Below, in pieces: positions 24,541 through 33,495 of a stretch of DNA of 34,164 nucleotides (position 1 is its first letter; each line of letters opens with the position of its first letter). The stretch lies in IMG/VR virus record IMGVR_UViG_2974732849_000001; one strand, 5' to 3'. The stretch is from a virus (Duplodnaviria > Heunggongvirae > Uroviricota > Caudoviricetes > Crassvirales). Under the pieces are notes generated by a model. That model was not told the origin of the DNA. It was given only the letters and a program-made list of their open reading frames with translations, and searched no databases. Made by a program: the position numbers and the translations under genes.

Positions 24541-24921
24541 ATGGTAACTATCATGCAATTAACTGACAATTTAAAGTCTTATATTTCATCACAGTTGGAG
24601 TCCATGTCTAAGTCCAGCCCTGTAATCGGGTTTATGAAACCTCTTATTACAAGAGCACTGGATAAGAACTTCAGCAAGATAACCAAGGCTTTGGAACTTA
24701 TAGCAGACAAAGACGGTAATGTAGATGTTGAAGGAATCCTTACTGAGATGATGGAGAATCTGATGACCACTAATCCATTCTCCTTCAAGACCTCATTTAT
24801 TGGAGACATAGAAATAGGTGGTGGACAAATCAAGTTCAACTTGCCTTTGACAAACAAGAGATTGGTATTAAATATGTCGGATTTGGAAGCTTTCAAGGAA
24901 ACATTAATTACTAAAAATTAG
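24541..24921 (+). CDS. Hypothetical protein (cassette gene 3)
   Basis: ORF track; DKDGNVDVE loop. Confidence 0.75.
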   Translation: MVTIMQLTDNLKSYISSQLESMSKSSPVIGFMKPLITRALDKNFSKITKALELIADKDGNVDVEGILTEMMENLMTTNPFSFKTSFIGDIEIGGGQIKFNLPLTNKRLVLNMSDLEAFKETLITKN

Positions 24922-24925
24922 AAGT

Positions 24926-25552
24926 ATGGATGAACTTATGATGTATGAATACCTAAACAGAAGAGGTATGGGAGGCATGAGTGAAAGTGAATTTAGAAAT
25001 AAGTTCAGGGACTTCATGAAGAGATATAGAAGAGATTCAATGGAGCATGATGGCTTCATGTCATTAGAGGATAGAAACTATCCTAGAAGGCATGAAGATG
25101 ATGGTTTCATGGATGTGTTTGATTCTAGAAGCAATAGGTTTGGTGACAGGTTCAGAGACTCTGGCATGAGAGGAAATGACATGGACAGAATAATAAAGTA
25201 CATGAGACATTCCATGAATGATGGAGAACACTTTACTGAATCTGAAGCTATGGATTTGGTATCTGATATGTATCACACTGAGGGTGGCAGAAAGTATAGT
25301 GGAGAAAAGTTTGATATACATAAGGCAAAGGAAATTTGTGAAAGGTATAGAGGAGTGATTCCTGTGTCTGCAACTCCTACTGATGTGTATGTGGCAATCA
25401 ACTCACAGTATCATGATTATGTTGAGCTGTTTAAGAGTTGGTTTGGTGACAATGTAGACCAAAAGATAATAGAATCTGCTATTATATTCTGGTTCAAAGA
25501 TGTGGATTGCAAATCCAGAAATAAGGTAGTAAGTTACTTTAAAGAATACTGA
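24926..25552 (+). CDS. Hypothetical protein (cassette gene 4)
   Basis: M/R/D-rich low-complexity N-half; C-half HFTESEA...DVYVAINSQYHDY...FWFKDVD. Confidence 0.78.
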   Translation: MDELMMYEYLNRRGMGGMSESEFRNKFRDFMKRYRRDSMEHDGFMSLEDRNYPRRHEDDGFMDVFDSRSNRFGDRFRDSGMRGNDMDRIIKYMRHSMNDGEHFTESEAMDLVSDMYHTEGGRKYSGEKFDIHKAKEICERYRGVIPVSATPTDVYVAINSQYHDYVELFKSWFGDNVDQKIIESAIIFWFKDVDCKSRNKVVSYFKEY

Positions 25553-25558
25553 TAGGAC

Positions 25559-25590
25559 AAGGGCAAGGTATAATCTTGCCCTTTCTTTTT
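25559..25590 (+). terminator. Intrinsic terminator
   Basis: AAGGGCAAG-GTATAAT-CTTGCCCTT then TCTTTTT. Confidence 0.85.
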
Positions 25591-25641
25591 GCATATATAA
25601 TAAGTATCTTATTTGTGCTTGCAAAGTAATTTATTTACTAT

Positions 25642-25673
25642 ATTGTATGGGTGTAAAATTCTATATAACTTTG
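25642..25673 (+). promoter_or_regulatory. Bacteroidota promoter P6 for the capsid operon
   Basis: ATTG (25642-25645), 20 nt, TAACTTTG (25666-25673). Confidence 0.75.
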
Positions 25674-25703
25674 CATTGTTTAATTATATCATAATGGGAG
25701 ATT

Positions 25704-26885
25704 ATGGAAGAAGAATTGATTTTAGACAATATTCTAGGAGCAGAGGAAATAGAGAATCTGTTTGTAGATGATGAAGTACAGGATACTTCGCCTGAAGATG
25801 AAGTAACTCCTGACCAAGAGGATGGTAAGGAGGATAAAAAGAATAAAGAGAAAGACGAAGAAACTACTGAGGTTATTGATGTAGATAACTTGTTTACAGA
25901 TGAGCCAGAGAGCGTAGGTAGTGGAAAGGATAATACAAAAGGAAAGGAAGATACTTCCTCTAGAGAGGACAGCACTTCTCCCCAAAAAACTATCTACTCT
26001 TCCATTGCTAAAGCCTTGAAGGAGGAAGGTATCTTTCCAGACCTTGATGATGAAGTCCTCTCTAAAGTCAAGGAGCCTGAAGATTTCAGGGACTTAGTGG
26101 AACAGCAAATCAAGGCTGGTCTTGAAGAGAGACAGAAGAGGATTGATGATGCACTTAATTATGGCATTGAACCCACAGAGATAAAAAGGTATGAGAATAC
26201 CTTGAACTTCCTTGACAGTGTTAAGGAGGAAAATATCACTGATGAGAGTGATAAAGGTGAAGAGTTGAGAAAGAATCTTATCTTTCAGGACTTCATTAAT
26301 AGGGGTTACAGCAGAGAAAGAGCCACAAGAGAAGTACAGAAATCCTTTAATGCTGGTACTGATATTGAGGATGCAAAGGAAGCATTGAAGAGTAATACTG
26401 AATACTTCAAGGGTAAATATGATGACCTTATTGAGGATGCCAAGTTAGAGGCACAGAAGGAAGAAGAGAACAGGAAGGAACAGGCTAATAAACTAAAGGA
26501 GTCTATTCTCAATGAAAAGAATATATTGGGAGACTTGTCAATAGATAAGCCGACAAGACAGAAGATATATGATAACATATCCAAGCCTATATATAAAGAC
26601 CCTGAAACTGGAGAGTATTATACTGCTATTCAGAAGTATGAAAAGGATAACAGAGTAGACTTCCTGAAGTACTTGGGTCTGATTTTTACATTGACTGATG
26701 GGTTCAAGAGCCTTGATGGTCTAGTAAAAGGCAAGGTAAAGAAAGAGGTAAAGAATGGCCTGAGGGATTTGGAACATGCTATTAATAACACTGCAAGAAA
26801 CTCAGATGGTAATCTGAAGTTTGTCAGTGGAGTAGATGAAGACCCTGAATCATTCATAGGTAAAGGTTGGAAAATAGATGTCTAA
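25704..26885 (+). CDS. Putative capsid scaffolding/assembly protein
   Basis: Very acidic N-third, coiled-coil core, lies before the major capsid gene. Confidence 0.65.
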   Translation: MEEELILDNILGAEEIENLFVDDEVQDTSPEDEVTPDQEDGKEDKKNKEKDEETTEVIDVDNLFTDEPESVGSGKDNTKGKEDTSSREDSTSPQKTIYSSIAKALKEEGIFPDLDDEVLSKVKEPEDFRDLVEQQIKAGLEERQKRIDDALNYGIEPTEIKRYENTLNFLDSVKEENITDESDKGEELRKNLIFQDFINRGYSRERATREVQKSFNAGTDIEDAKEALKSNTEYFKGKYDDLIEDAKLEAQKEEENRKEQANKLKESILNEKNILGDLSIDKPTRQKIYDNISKPIYKDPETGEYYTAIQKYEKDNRVDFLKYLGLIFTLTDGFKSLDGLVKGKVKKEVKNGLRDLEHAINNTARNSDGNLKFVSGVDEDPESFIGKGWKIDV

Positions 26886-26891
26886 ACAATT

Positions 26892-27120
26892 ATGCCGAGG
26901 ATAAAAAGGTTGATACAATGGGAAGGAGACCCTAATCTCCTACCCAACAGAGAAAAAAACAAACATAGTGTATGATGAAGTCCTGTTATTGTTTGCATCC
27001 CTTTCCTATTACGATAAAGAATTGACTAAACTAAAGGATGGTACTACTTACAAGTTGAATAAGACTTGGGAGGACTTGGGACTTCAGGATTTGTATGAAG
27101 AATATTTAAAATCTAAGTAA
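26892..27120 (+). pseudogene. 75-aa ORF interrupted by a +1 frameshift at A7 (26953-26959)
   Basis: Removing one A gives MPRIKRLIQWEGDPNLLPNREKTNIVYDEVLLLFASLSYYDKELTKLKDGTTYKLNKTWEDLGLQDLYEEYLKSK, filling the scaffold-MCP gap. Confidence 0.65.
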
Positions 27121-27153
27121 AGATTATAATTTTAACTAATAAACAATTATTTT

Positions 27154-28665
27154 ATGGCTGGAAAATTAGGTAAGTTTCAGATGGTAAGCTTCCAACATTG
27201 GAAGGGTTTGACTAAAGAAAACCACCTAGGCTCTATCTATCAGTTAGCTCCTCAGAGAGCTACAAACCTAATGGTACAACTGCTAGCCTTCCATAGAGGA
27301 AAGACACTTGATTCATTCTTGAATCAGTTCCCTGTAAAGGAGTTTGAGGATGACAGTGAATATTACTGGGACGTTATTGGCTCTTCAAGAAGGAATATTC
27401 CTTTGGTAGAGGCAAGAAAAGAGGATGGAACAAAGGTTGAAGATGATGGTAGCATGATTGGAGAGGGTACTTCTCCCTTCTATCTTGTTTTCCCTGAGGA
27501 CTGGTTTGCAGATGGTGAGTACATTGTGGGTAATCTAAATGAACTGTACCAATTCAGAATTTTAGGAGACCCTAGAATGGAAGGTACCAATGCAGTTTAT
27601 AAGGTAGAACTTGCTGGAGGTAATACAGCAGGAGTTCCTGCTGAAAGGCTACTTGCAGGAGAGAGATTCTCTATTGAAGCTGCATTTGTAGAAAAGGAAC
27701 TATCAAGAAAAGTTGGTGATGTAAGATACACAAGCCCTGTTTCTATGAGAAATGAGTGGTCTGTAGTGAGAATCCAACACAAGGTTCCGGGTTCAATGCT
27801 GAACAAGAAGTTGGCTGTAGGTATTCCTATTATCAAGGAGACTGATGGTAGATATACCAAGTCAGTAGCTAAAATGTGGATGCACAATGTAGACTTTGAG
27901 GTAGAACAGCAATTCTCTGAGTACAAGAACAATGCTCTTGCCTTTGGTAGAAGCAACAGAAACTCCAATGGTGAATATATGAACATTGGTAAGTCTGGTG
28001 GTGTAATCAAGACTGGTGCTGGTCTATTTGAGCAGATGGAAGTTGCTAATACTATGTACTACAATGTATTCAGCTTGAAGCTTCTTGAGGATGCCCTATA
28101 TGAGCTTTCTGCTTCTAAATTGGACTTTGGTGATAGATACTTCCTAATCAAGACTGGTGAAAGAGGTGCTATTCAATTCCACAAGGAAGTGTTGAAGACA
28201 GTATCAGGTTGGACACAGTTTGTTCTTGATAACAACTCCATTGGTGTTGTTCAGAAGACTCAGTCTCAGTTGCATCAAAATGCTCTAAGTGCTGGTTTCC
28301 AATTTGTAGAGTATAGAGCACCTAATGGTGTAAGGGTTAAGATTGATGTAGACCCATTCTATGATGACCCTGTTAGAAATAAGATACCACACCCACAGGG
28401 TGGTGTTGCCTTCTCTTACAGATATGATATTATGTACATTGGTACTATGGACCAACCTAATATCTTCAAGTGTAAGATTAAGGGTGATAATGAATACAGA
28501 GGCTATCAGTGGGGATTAAGAAATCCATTTACAGGACAGATAGGCAATCCTTACATGTCATTTGATGAGGATGCTGCTGTAATACACAGAATGGCTACTC
28601 TTGGTATCTGTGTTCTTGACCCAACAAGAACTATGTCATTGATTCCTGCTATTTTGCAAGGATAA
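27154..28665 (+). CDS. Major capsid protein (crassvirus type)
   Basis: MAGKLGKFQM..FQHWKGLT..NHLG...YYWDVIGSSRRNIPLVEAR closely resembles the phiCrAss001 MCP (recall); followed by a hairpin. Confidence 0.95.
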   Translation: MAGKLGKFQMVSFQHWKGLTKENHLGSIYQLAPQRATNLMVQLLAFHRGKTLDSFLNQFPVKEFEDDSEYYWDVIGSSRRNIPLVEARKEDGTKVEDDGSMIGEGTSPFYLVFPEDWFADGEYIVGNLNELYQFRILGDPRMEGTNAVYKVELAGGNTAGVPAERLLAGERFSIEAAFVEKELSRKVGDVRYTSPVSMRNEWSVVRIQHKVPGSMLNKKLAVGIPIIKETDGRYTKSVAKMWMHNVDFEVEQQFSEYKNNALAFGRSNRNSNGEYMNIGKSGGVIKTGAGLFEQMEVANTMYYNVFSLKLLEDALYELSASKLDFGDRYFLIKTGERGAIQFHKEVLKTVSGWTQFVLDNNSIGVVQKTQSQLHQNALSAGFQFVEYRAPNGVRVKIDVDPFYDDPVRNKIPHPQGGVAFSYRYDIMYIGTMDQPNIFKCKIKGDNEYRGYQWGLRNPFTGQIGNPYMSFDEDAAVIHRMATLGICVLDPTRTMSLIPAILQG

Positions 28666-28671
28666 ACTATA

Positions 28672-28716
28672 AAGGGGAGTAGGGGTAACTCCTGCTTCCC
28701 TTAATTTATTTTTATT
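28672..28716 (+). terminator. Terminator/stabilising hairpin after MCP
   Basis: AAGGGGAGTAGG-GGTAACT-CCTGCTTCCCTT (12 bp with GU) plus T-rich tail. Confidence 0.75.
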
Positions 28717-28737
28717 TCTATTAAATAAGGAGAAGAT

Positions 28738-29769
28738 ATGTCAAAGGAAAAGGAAGAAGTAGATTATGGTACACTTGGTTTTGAAGTAGATGATACAGCG
28801 CTGCCATTGAGGGAAGTGCCAAAAGAAGAGGAAAAACCTGCAAGGAGAAAACCAAAAGCCTCACAGGAAGTGAGAAATATAGAAGAGGATGGTGATGAGC
28901 AGTTGATAAGCTGTTTAAGAAATGAGAGAGTAATTGTCAGATTCATTCCCAAACTGGGAGGAATATGGGGAACTAACCCTAAACATCTTCTTGCTGGAGG
29001 TATGGCAGAAGGGTCTGTTAGAGTATTTGTAGTACCTAGGCTGTCATCAGGCATGTATGTCAATGTACTTACAGACAAGGAGAAGGCATTCTTGGAAGAT
29101 GTAATGGGCTTGGAATACAATGCTCTAAGTATCTATAAGAAGGTAGATAACTTCTGGAATGATTCTAATGAGAGTGGGATAAATAAGGTAAGACTGACAA
29201 AGCAGGATAATTACCTTAACCTGTCCAATCCGGAAGATTATATAAGATATAAAATACTCTTGGCTAACAAGGACTTTGTTGCACCATCATTGCAGGCTTT
29301 GCAAGATAGACCTAAGGCTTCATATCAGTTTGTCATCATCTCTGAGAATGATGAGACAAAGACTGCTCAGGATAATATGAGCACTACAATGAAGTGCTAT
29401 AAGGAGTTTGGAAAGATTGAGAGTGATGTGGATACTTTGAGAGTTATCATAGAGACTGTTGATGGAAGACCTACATCTCAAAATGCTAAACTAGAGTTCT
29501 TGCAGACTAAGGCTAATGAGCTTATTCAATCCAATAACAAGCTCTTCCTGAAGGTTATCACTGACCCAATGTTACCTACTAAGGTATTCATCAAGAAGAG
29601 TATAGAAGCAGGATTGATTTCAAATAGAGGAGGTTTCCTATACTTGAGAAGTGACAATACTCCACTATGTGAGGCTAATGAGGAACCTACATTGAATACA
29701 GCAGCCAAGTACCTGAACTCTCCAAAGCATCAGGAAATCAAGTTTTCCTTGGAGGCCAAGTTAAAATAA
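28738..29769 (+). CDS. Conserved crassvirus protein downstream of MCP
   Basis: ORF track; synteny with crassvirus capsid module. Confidence 0.7.
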   Translation: MSKEKEEVDYGTLGFEVDDTALPLREVPKEEEKPARRKPKASQEVRNIEEDGDEQLISCLRNERVIVRFIPKLGGIWGTNPKHLLAGGMAEGSVRVFVVPRLSSGMYVNVLTDKEKAFLEDVMGLEYNALSIYKKVDNFWNDSNESGINKVRLTKQDNYLNLSNPEDYIRYKILLANKDFVAPSLQALQDRPKASYQFVIISENDETKTAQDNMSTTMKCYKEFGKIESDVDTLRVIIETVDGRPTSQNAKLEFLQTKANELIQSNNKLFLKVITDPMLPTKVFIKKSIEAGLISNRGGFLYLRSDNTPLCEANEEPTLNTAAKYLNSPKHQEIKFSLEAKLK

Positions 29770-29785
29770 AGAAGAATATAAGATT

Positions 29786-30649
29786 ATGACACTACAGGAG
29801 TTTTCAGATGAATTTGACGTTCTCTACAATAACATATCCAGTAACCAAGCTCCGGGCCTTAATGAGTATGAAAAGTCTGTGTTTCTCACAAAAGCTCAGA
29901 ATGAGATAGTAAAGAACTACTTTACTTCTACCCAAGGAGGTAACAAGTACCAGCAAGGGTTTGATGATTCTGCCAAAAGACAAATAGATTTCTCTACTCT
30001 TCTAGTGCAAGAAGCCTGTCCCTTGATAAAGGTGGATTCCAAGAGGGGAACTGATATTTTGGAGGGTGTCACAATCCCCGGAAATATCTATGGCAGTGCT
30101 CCTGAAGCTGTATTATTCAATGCCCCTAGCTTTATTGACAAAATACTGTTAGTGGTATCAGAAAGGATAATCATTAAGGATACAGATGATAATGTAGATA
30201 AGTATTATCAGGTAGTGCCTATAAAATTAGATAGTTTGCTTAATAACCTGAGCAAGCCCTATGGAAGACCTTTAAAGAGGCAAGTGTGGAGAGTTATAGA
30301 GACTTTTGGAGACCCTAAAGGGTCTGAAGACCAGACTGTAATTCCCACAAAGTACAATGGATTCAGGTTTATATTGCATGATGCAGATGAGAAATTCCTA
30401 GGAGAATCTGGAGGTGAAAGTCCAGGGAATACCAAGGCCATTTACTTTATCACATACCTAATCAAGCCTAAGCCAATAGTATTGGAGGACTTGGTTGGTG
30501 TATCAGTAGATGGAGAATCACAGCAATCTCCATGTGTCTTGAATAGTGAACTACATCCTGAAATTCTTCAAAGGGCAGTAGAGTTAGCTAAATCTGCTTA
30601 TATGGGAGATTTGAAAAGTAGTGTTGAACTGGGACAAAGAAGTGAATAA
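29786..30649 (+). CDS. Tail ring (tubular) protein, phiCrAss001 ring 4/5-like
   Basis: EFSDEFDVLYNNISSNQAPGLNEYEKSVFLTKAQ...LHPEILQRAVELA. Confidence 0.82.
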   Translation: MTLQEFSDEFDVLYNNISSNQAPGLNEYEKSVFLTKAQNEIVKNYFTSTQGGNKYQQGFDDSAKRQIDFSTLLVQEACPLIKVDSKRGTDILEGVTIPGNIYGSAPEAVLFNAPSFIDKILLVVSERIIIKDTDDNVDKYYQVVPIKLDSLLNNLSKPYGRPLKRQVWRVIETFGDPKGSEDQTVIPTKYNGFRFILHDADEKFLGESGGESPGNTKAIYFITYLIKPKPIVLEDLVGVSVDGESQQSPCVLNSELHPEILQRAVELAKSAYMGDLKSSVELGQRSE

Positions 30650-31335
30650 TGACAACTGAGGAATTTTCTAATGAATTTGATGTTCTATTGAACAGTTACT
30701 CTTCAGGTGGAATTGAGTTCAACGAGTATGAGAAATCAATCTTTCTTACAAAAGCCCAAGAAGACCTGTTAGTGGAATTATACAATGGTAAGAACCCATT
30801 CAGGGAATCATTTGAAGAGACTGAGGAAATAAGGAGATACCTGAGCAACTTGGTAAAGACTTATACCACTACTGAAAAAATAGCAGACATTACTGGAATA
30901 TCTGATAAGTCTGTATTCTTCAAGTTACCTAGTGACTTGTGGTTTATAGTTTATGAATCAGTTGAACTGAGGGATGATAAGCTAGGCTGTAAGGATGGTA
31001 ACCAAGTACTTGTGGTACCCACTACCTTGGATGATTACTACAATACATATAACAATCCATTCAGGGGTCCGGGATACAGGAGAGTCCTGAGACTTGATAT
31101 TGATAATGGGATTGCAGAAATAGTATCAAAGTATAATATAAGCAGGTACTTAGTCAGGTACCTATCTAAACCCAACCCAATTATATTGGTAGCATTGCCT
31201 GCCCATCTAAACATAAATGGAGAAAGCAAGATAACAGAGTGTGATTTACATCCTGCATTGCATAGGGTAATACTTGATAGGGCAGTAGGACTTGCAATAG
31301 CAAGCAAGGGTTTGGATACAAACAGAACAAAATAA
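30649..31335 (+). CDS. Tail ring protein, ring 3-like; paralog of the preceding gene
   Basis: EFSNEFDVLLNS...EYEKSIFLTKAQ...LHPALHRVILDRAV. Confidence 0.82.
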   Translation: MTTEEFSNEFDVLLNSYSSGGIEFNEYEKSIFLTKAQEDLLVELYNGKNPFRESFEETEEIRRYLSNLVKTYTTTEKIADITGISDKSVFFKLPSDLWFIVYESVELRDDKLGCKDGNQVLVVPTTLDDYYNTYNNPFRGPGYRRVLRLDIDNGIAEIVSKYNISRYLVRYLSKPNPIILVALPAHLNINGESKITECDLHPALHRVILDRAVGLAIASKGLDTNRTK

Positions 31336-31364
31336 ACTATTGTGTAATTTAATATTAAATTAAA

Positions 31365-32420
31365 ATGGCAACATTTAGTACAAATCAGGTAAGGCAATTT
31401 TATGTAGCAACTGCATTTAAGACTTCCCATGTAATTGAGTCTGACACTGCTGGTGCTATTGCAGTATCAAATGATACTGAAAAGAAACACCTGTATTTTG
31501 AATATAAGGGAGCTGATAACAGAATGAGAAGTGACCTTATAGATATAGAAAACATTCTCTATGCAAAGGCAACTAGTGCTGATAGCATGGCTTACAAGAT
31601 GAAGTCAGCTACCATAGCATTGGATTCAAGTGTTAATGGTGGTGCTCCAGTTGCAGGTCAGGATTATATCCTAAGAATTGCATTTAAACAGTATGTGGGC
31701 ATGTCTGATGAGGACCAATACTTCAAATATGGCATGGTTCATGCTTATTCTGGCATGACTGCTGATGTGTTCTACAAGACTCTTGCTCAATCTATTGCTA
31801 AGAACTTTAGCAGGGAAATAGTTCCCTTGATTAAGATTGAGGTACATAGTGCTGCAACCAAGAGCAAGGGAGGATTTGATGCAAATGGTTATATGACAGT
31901 AACTCCTTCTACTAAGGATAATGGCAAGAGTGATAGTACTAACCCATACTATGATGGTACTTCAGCAATTGTAGCTGACATTGACAGCATCAGAATTACT
32001 GAGGTAGAACAGCCTTGGAGATTAGGTGTTATGTCTCAGACACCAGTATATTTCACTGTACAGCCAGTTGAAATAATTGTAGATGGAGATGAGAGAATTT
32101 GGGGCACTGTAGAGATGGGTACCAATGGTACAATAGGTAATGGTAAGGTTATTGCAGACTTAGAGTACTTCTGTATGGGTGAAAGAGGAGACATCTACAG
32201 AGGCATTGGCTGGCCTAACAACATTCCTACCACTTATCTGATAGACCCAAGCAAGACATATAATGTGCTTGATATACACTATGCCTATGTAGGCAGCAAT
32301 GAGTCAGTACAAAAGTCTGAAAAGACAATAACTATTGCTTGTGCAGATAAAGCAGTTCTCAATCAGATAATCAGTGCAGTGGAAACTGCTACAGGACTTA
32401 CTATTGCAGACATCTCCTAA
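31365..32420 (+). CDS. Auxiliary capsid protein
   Basis: NQVRQFYVA...PVAGQDYILRIAFKQYVGMSDEDQYFKYG matches the crassvirus auxiliary capsid protein (recall); followed by terminator. Confidence 0.82.
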   Translation: MATFSTNQVRQFYVATAFKTSHVIESDTAGAIAVSNDTEKKHLYFEYKGADNRMRSDLIDIENILYAKATSADSMAYKMKSATIALDSSVNGGAPVAGQDYILRIAFKQYVGMSDEDQYFKYGMVHAYSGMTADVFYKTLAQSIAKNFSREIVPLIKIEVHSAATKSKGGFDANGYMTVTPSTKDNGKSDSTNPYYDGTSAIVADIDSIRITEVEQPWRLGVMSQTPVYFTVQPVEIIVDGDERIWGTVEMGTNGTIGNGKVIADLEYFCMGERGDIYRGIGWPNNIPTTYLIDPSKTYNVLDIHYAYVGSNESVQKSEKTITIACADKAVLNQIISAVETATGLTIADIS

Positions 32421-32435
32421 AAGCGAGATACAAAT

Positions 32436-32465
32436 AAGGAGACTTTTATAGTCTCCTTTTTTTTT
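32436..32465 (+). terminator. Intrinsic terminator
   Basis: AAGGAGACT-TTTAT-AGTCTCCTT followed by a T-run. Confidence 0.9.
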
Positions 32466-32485
32466 ATTTACCTAATTTGTGTAAT

Positions 32486-33058
32486 ATGATAAGATTTGCT
32501 ACATTAAAAGTCTCAGGAGAATGCAGGCAGTTGGTAATTGATGCTTCTATAGAAGCATACTCCTTCTATGATGATGTCTGTATTGACTCAGTAGTCATAG
32601 ATACTCAGGATACCTTCATGACCTCTGGGCCATCATCAAGCAGTGTATATACAAAAAGCATTGATGGTAATTCCAAGCATGTGACATTAATCCTAGACAA
32701 GACAGATTTCAATGCAGCAGTAGATTTTGGTAAGGACTTATTCTTTGTCTATATTACTGTCAAAGGTACAATGGCACCTGATACTCCATGTGGATATGAC
32801 AGATATTATGATTTAGGAATAGCTGTCAATATGCATAACCTTTATAAGTCACTGATGGGTGGCATCAGACAGGTAGAGGAGACTTGCAATATTCCCAAGC
32901 AGCTTATAGACAAATACCTTCAACTGAAGGCTTTTACTACTTCCTTAAAGACAGGGAACTATACTTTGGCAATAAAGTATTGGAACAAGTTCTTTAGGAA
33001 CTGTGTGATAACAGATGATACAAGTACTAAATGTGAGTGTTCATTATGGATAACTTAA
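32486..33058 (+). CDS. Tail hub protein A-like (ATG 32486; track TTG 32477)
   Basis: IDSVVIDTQDTFMTSGPS motif and synteny (recall). Confidence 0.7.
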   Translation: MIRFATLKVSGECRQLVIDASIEAYSFYDDVCIDSVVIDTQDTFMTSGPSSSSVYTKSIDGNSKHVTLILDKTDFNAAVDFGKDLFFVYITVKGTMAPDTPCGYDRYYDLGIAVNMHNLYKSLMGGIRQVEETCNIPKQLIDKYLQLKAFTTSLKTGNYTLAIKYWNKFFRNCVITDDTSTKCECSLWIT

Positions 33059-33384
33059 GTAATGTATTGGAAAGGGCATTAACTACATACTTCAATGTAC
33101 TTTCAAGTACAGGATATGTATGTTATAATGATGTCAATAAGTTACTGCTTTTGTCCTTGATAGAAGAGCTTACTAGTGGCCCAATGTCTGCCTTTATAGA
33201 TGATAAGGACTACAATAGCATGAATAATGCCCTATATTGTATATTTGGTACTTCATGCCTAATACCATATCCTCCTACTGAGGAAAGCTCTGCTGTGTAT
33301 GGTGAAGAGGAATCTATCAGAATATCTGAGGATGACATGATAAGATTCACACAAGATAACAAACCTAGAACTCCTGCTATATAA
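33046..33384 (+). CDS. Tail hub protein B-like (ATG 33046; track 33037)
   Basis: ALTTYFNVLSSTGYVCYNDVNKLL motif and synteny (recall). Confidence 0.65.
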   Translation: MDNLSNVLERALTTYFNVLSSTGYVCYNDVNKLLLLSLIEELTSGPMSAFIDDKDYNSMNNALYCIFGTSCLIPYPPTEESSAVYGEEESIRISEDDMIRFTQDNKPRTPAI

Positions 33385-33423
33385 GTTATATATTTGCTTA
33401 CTGCAAAAGATTCAATTAAAACT

Positions 33424-33455
33424 ATTGCAATATTGATTATAAATATCTATATTTG
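33424..33455 (+). promoter_or_regulatory. Bacteroidota promoter P7, embedded in a 13-bp inverted repeat
   Basis: ATTG (33424-33427), 20 nt, TATATTTG (33448-33455). Confidence 0.75.
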
Positions 33456-33495
33456 CAATAGTTTTTTATTTATTAATAAGCATGCATATATAGTT

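Noticed and set aside
3592-27120. Causal link between the 8-nt-loop tRNA and the two +1 frameshifted genes
   Set aside because: The loop would read U/A codons (UUA or UUUA), whereas the shift sites are GGGG and A7; shared homopolymer indel error is simpler
7802-28665. Introns or inteins in terL, portal or MCP
   Set aside because: ORFs are continuous, of expected crassvirus lengths, with no intein C/S...HN motifs seen
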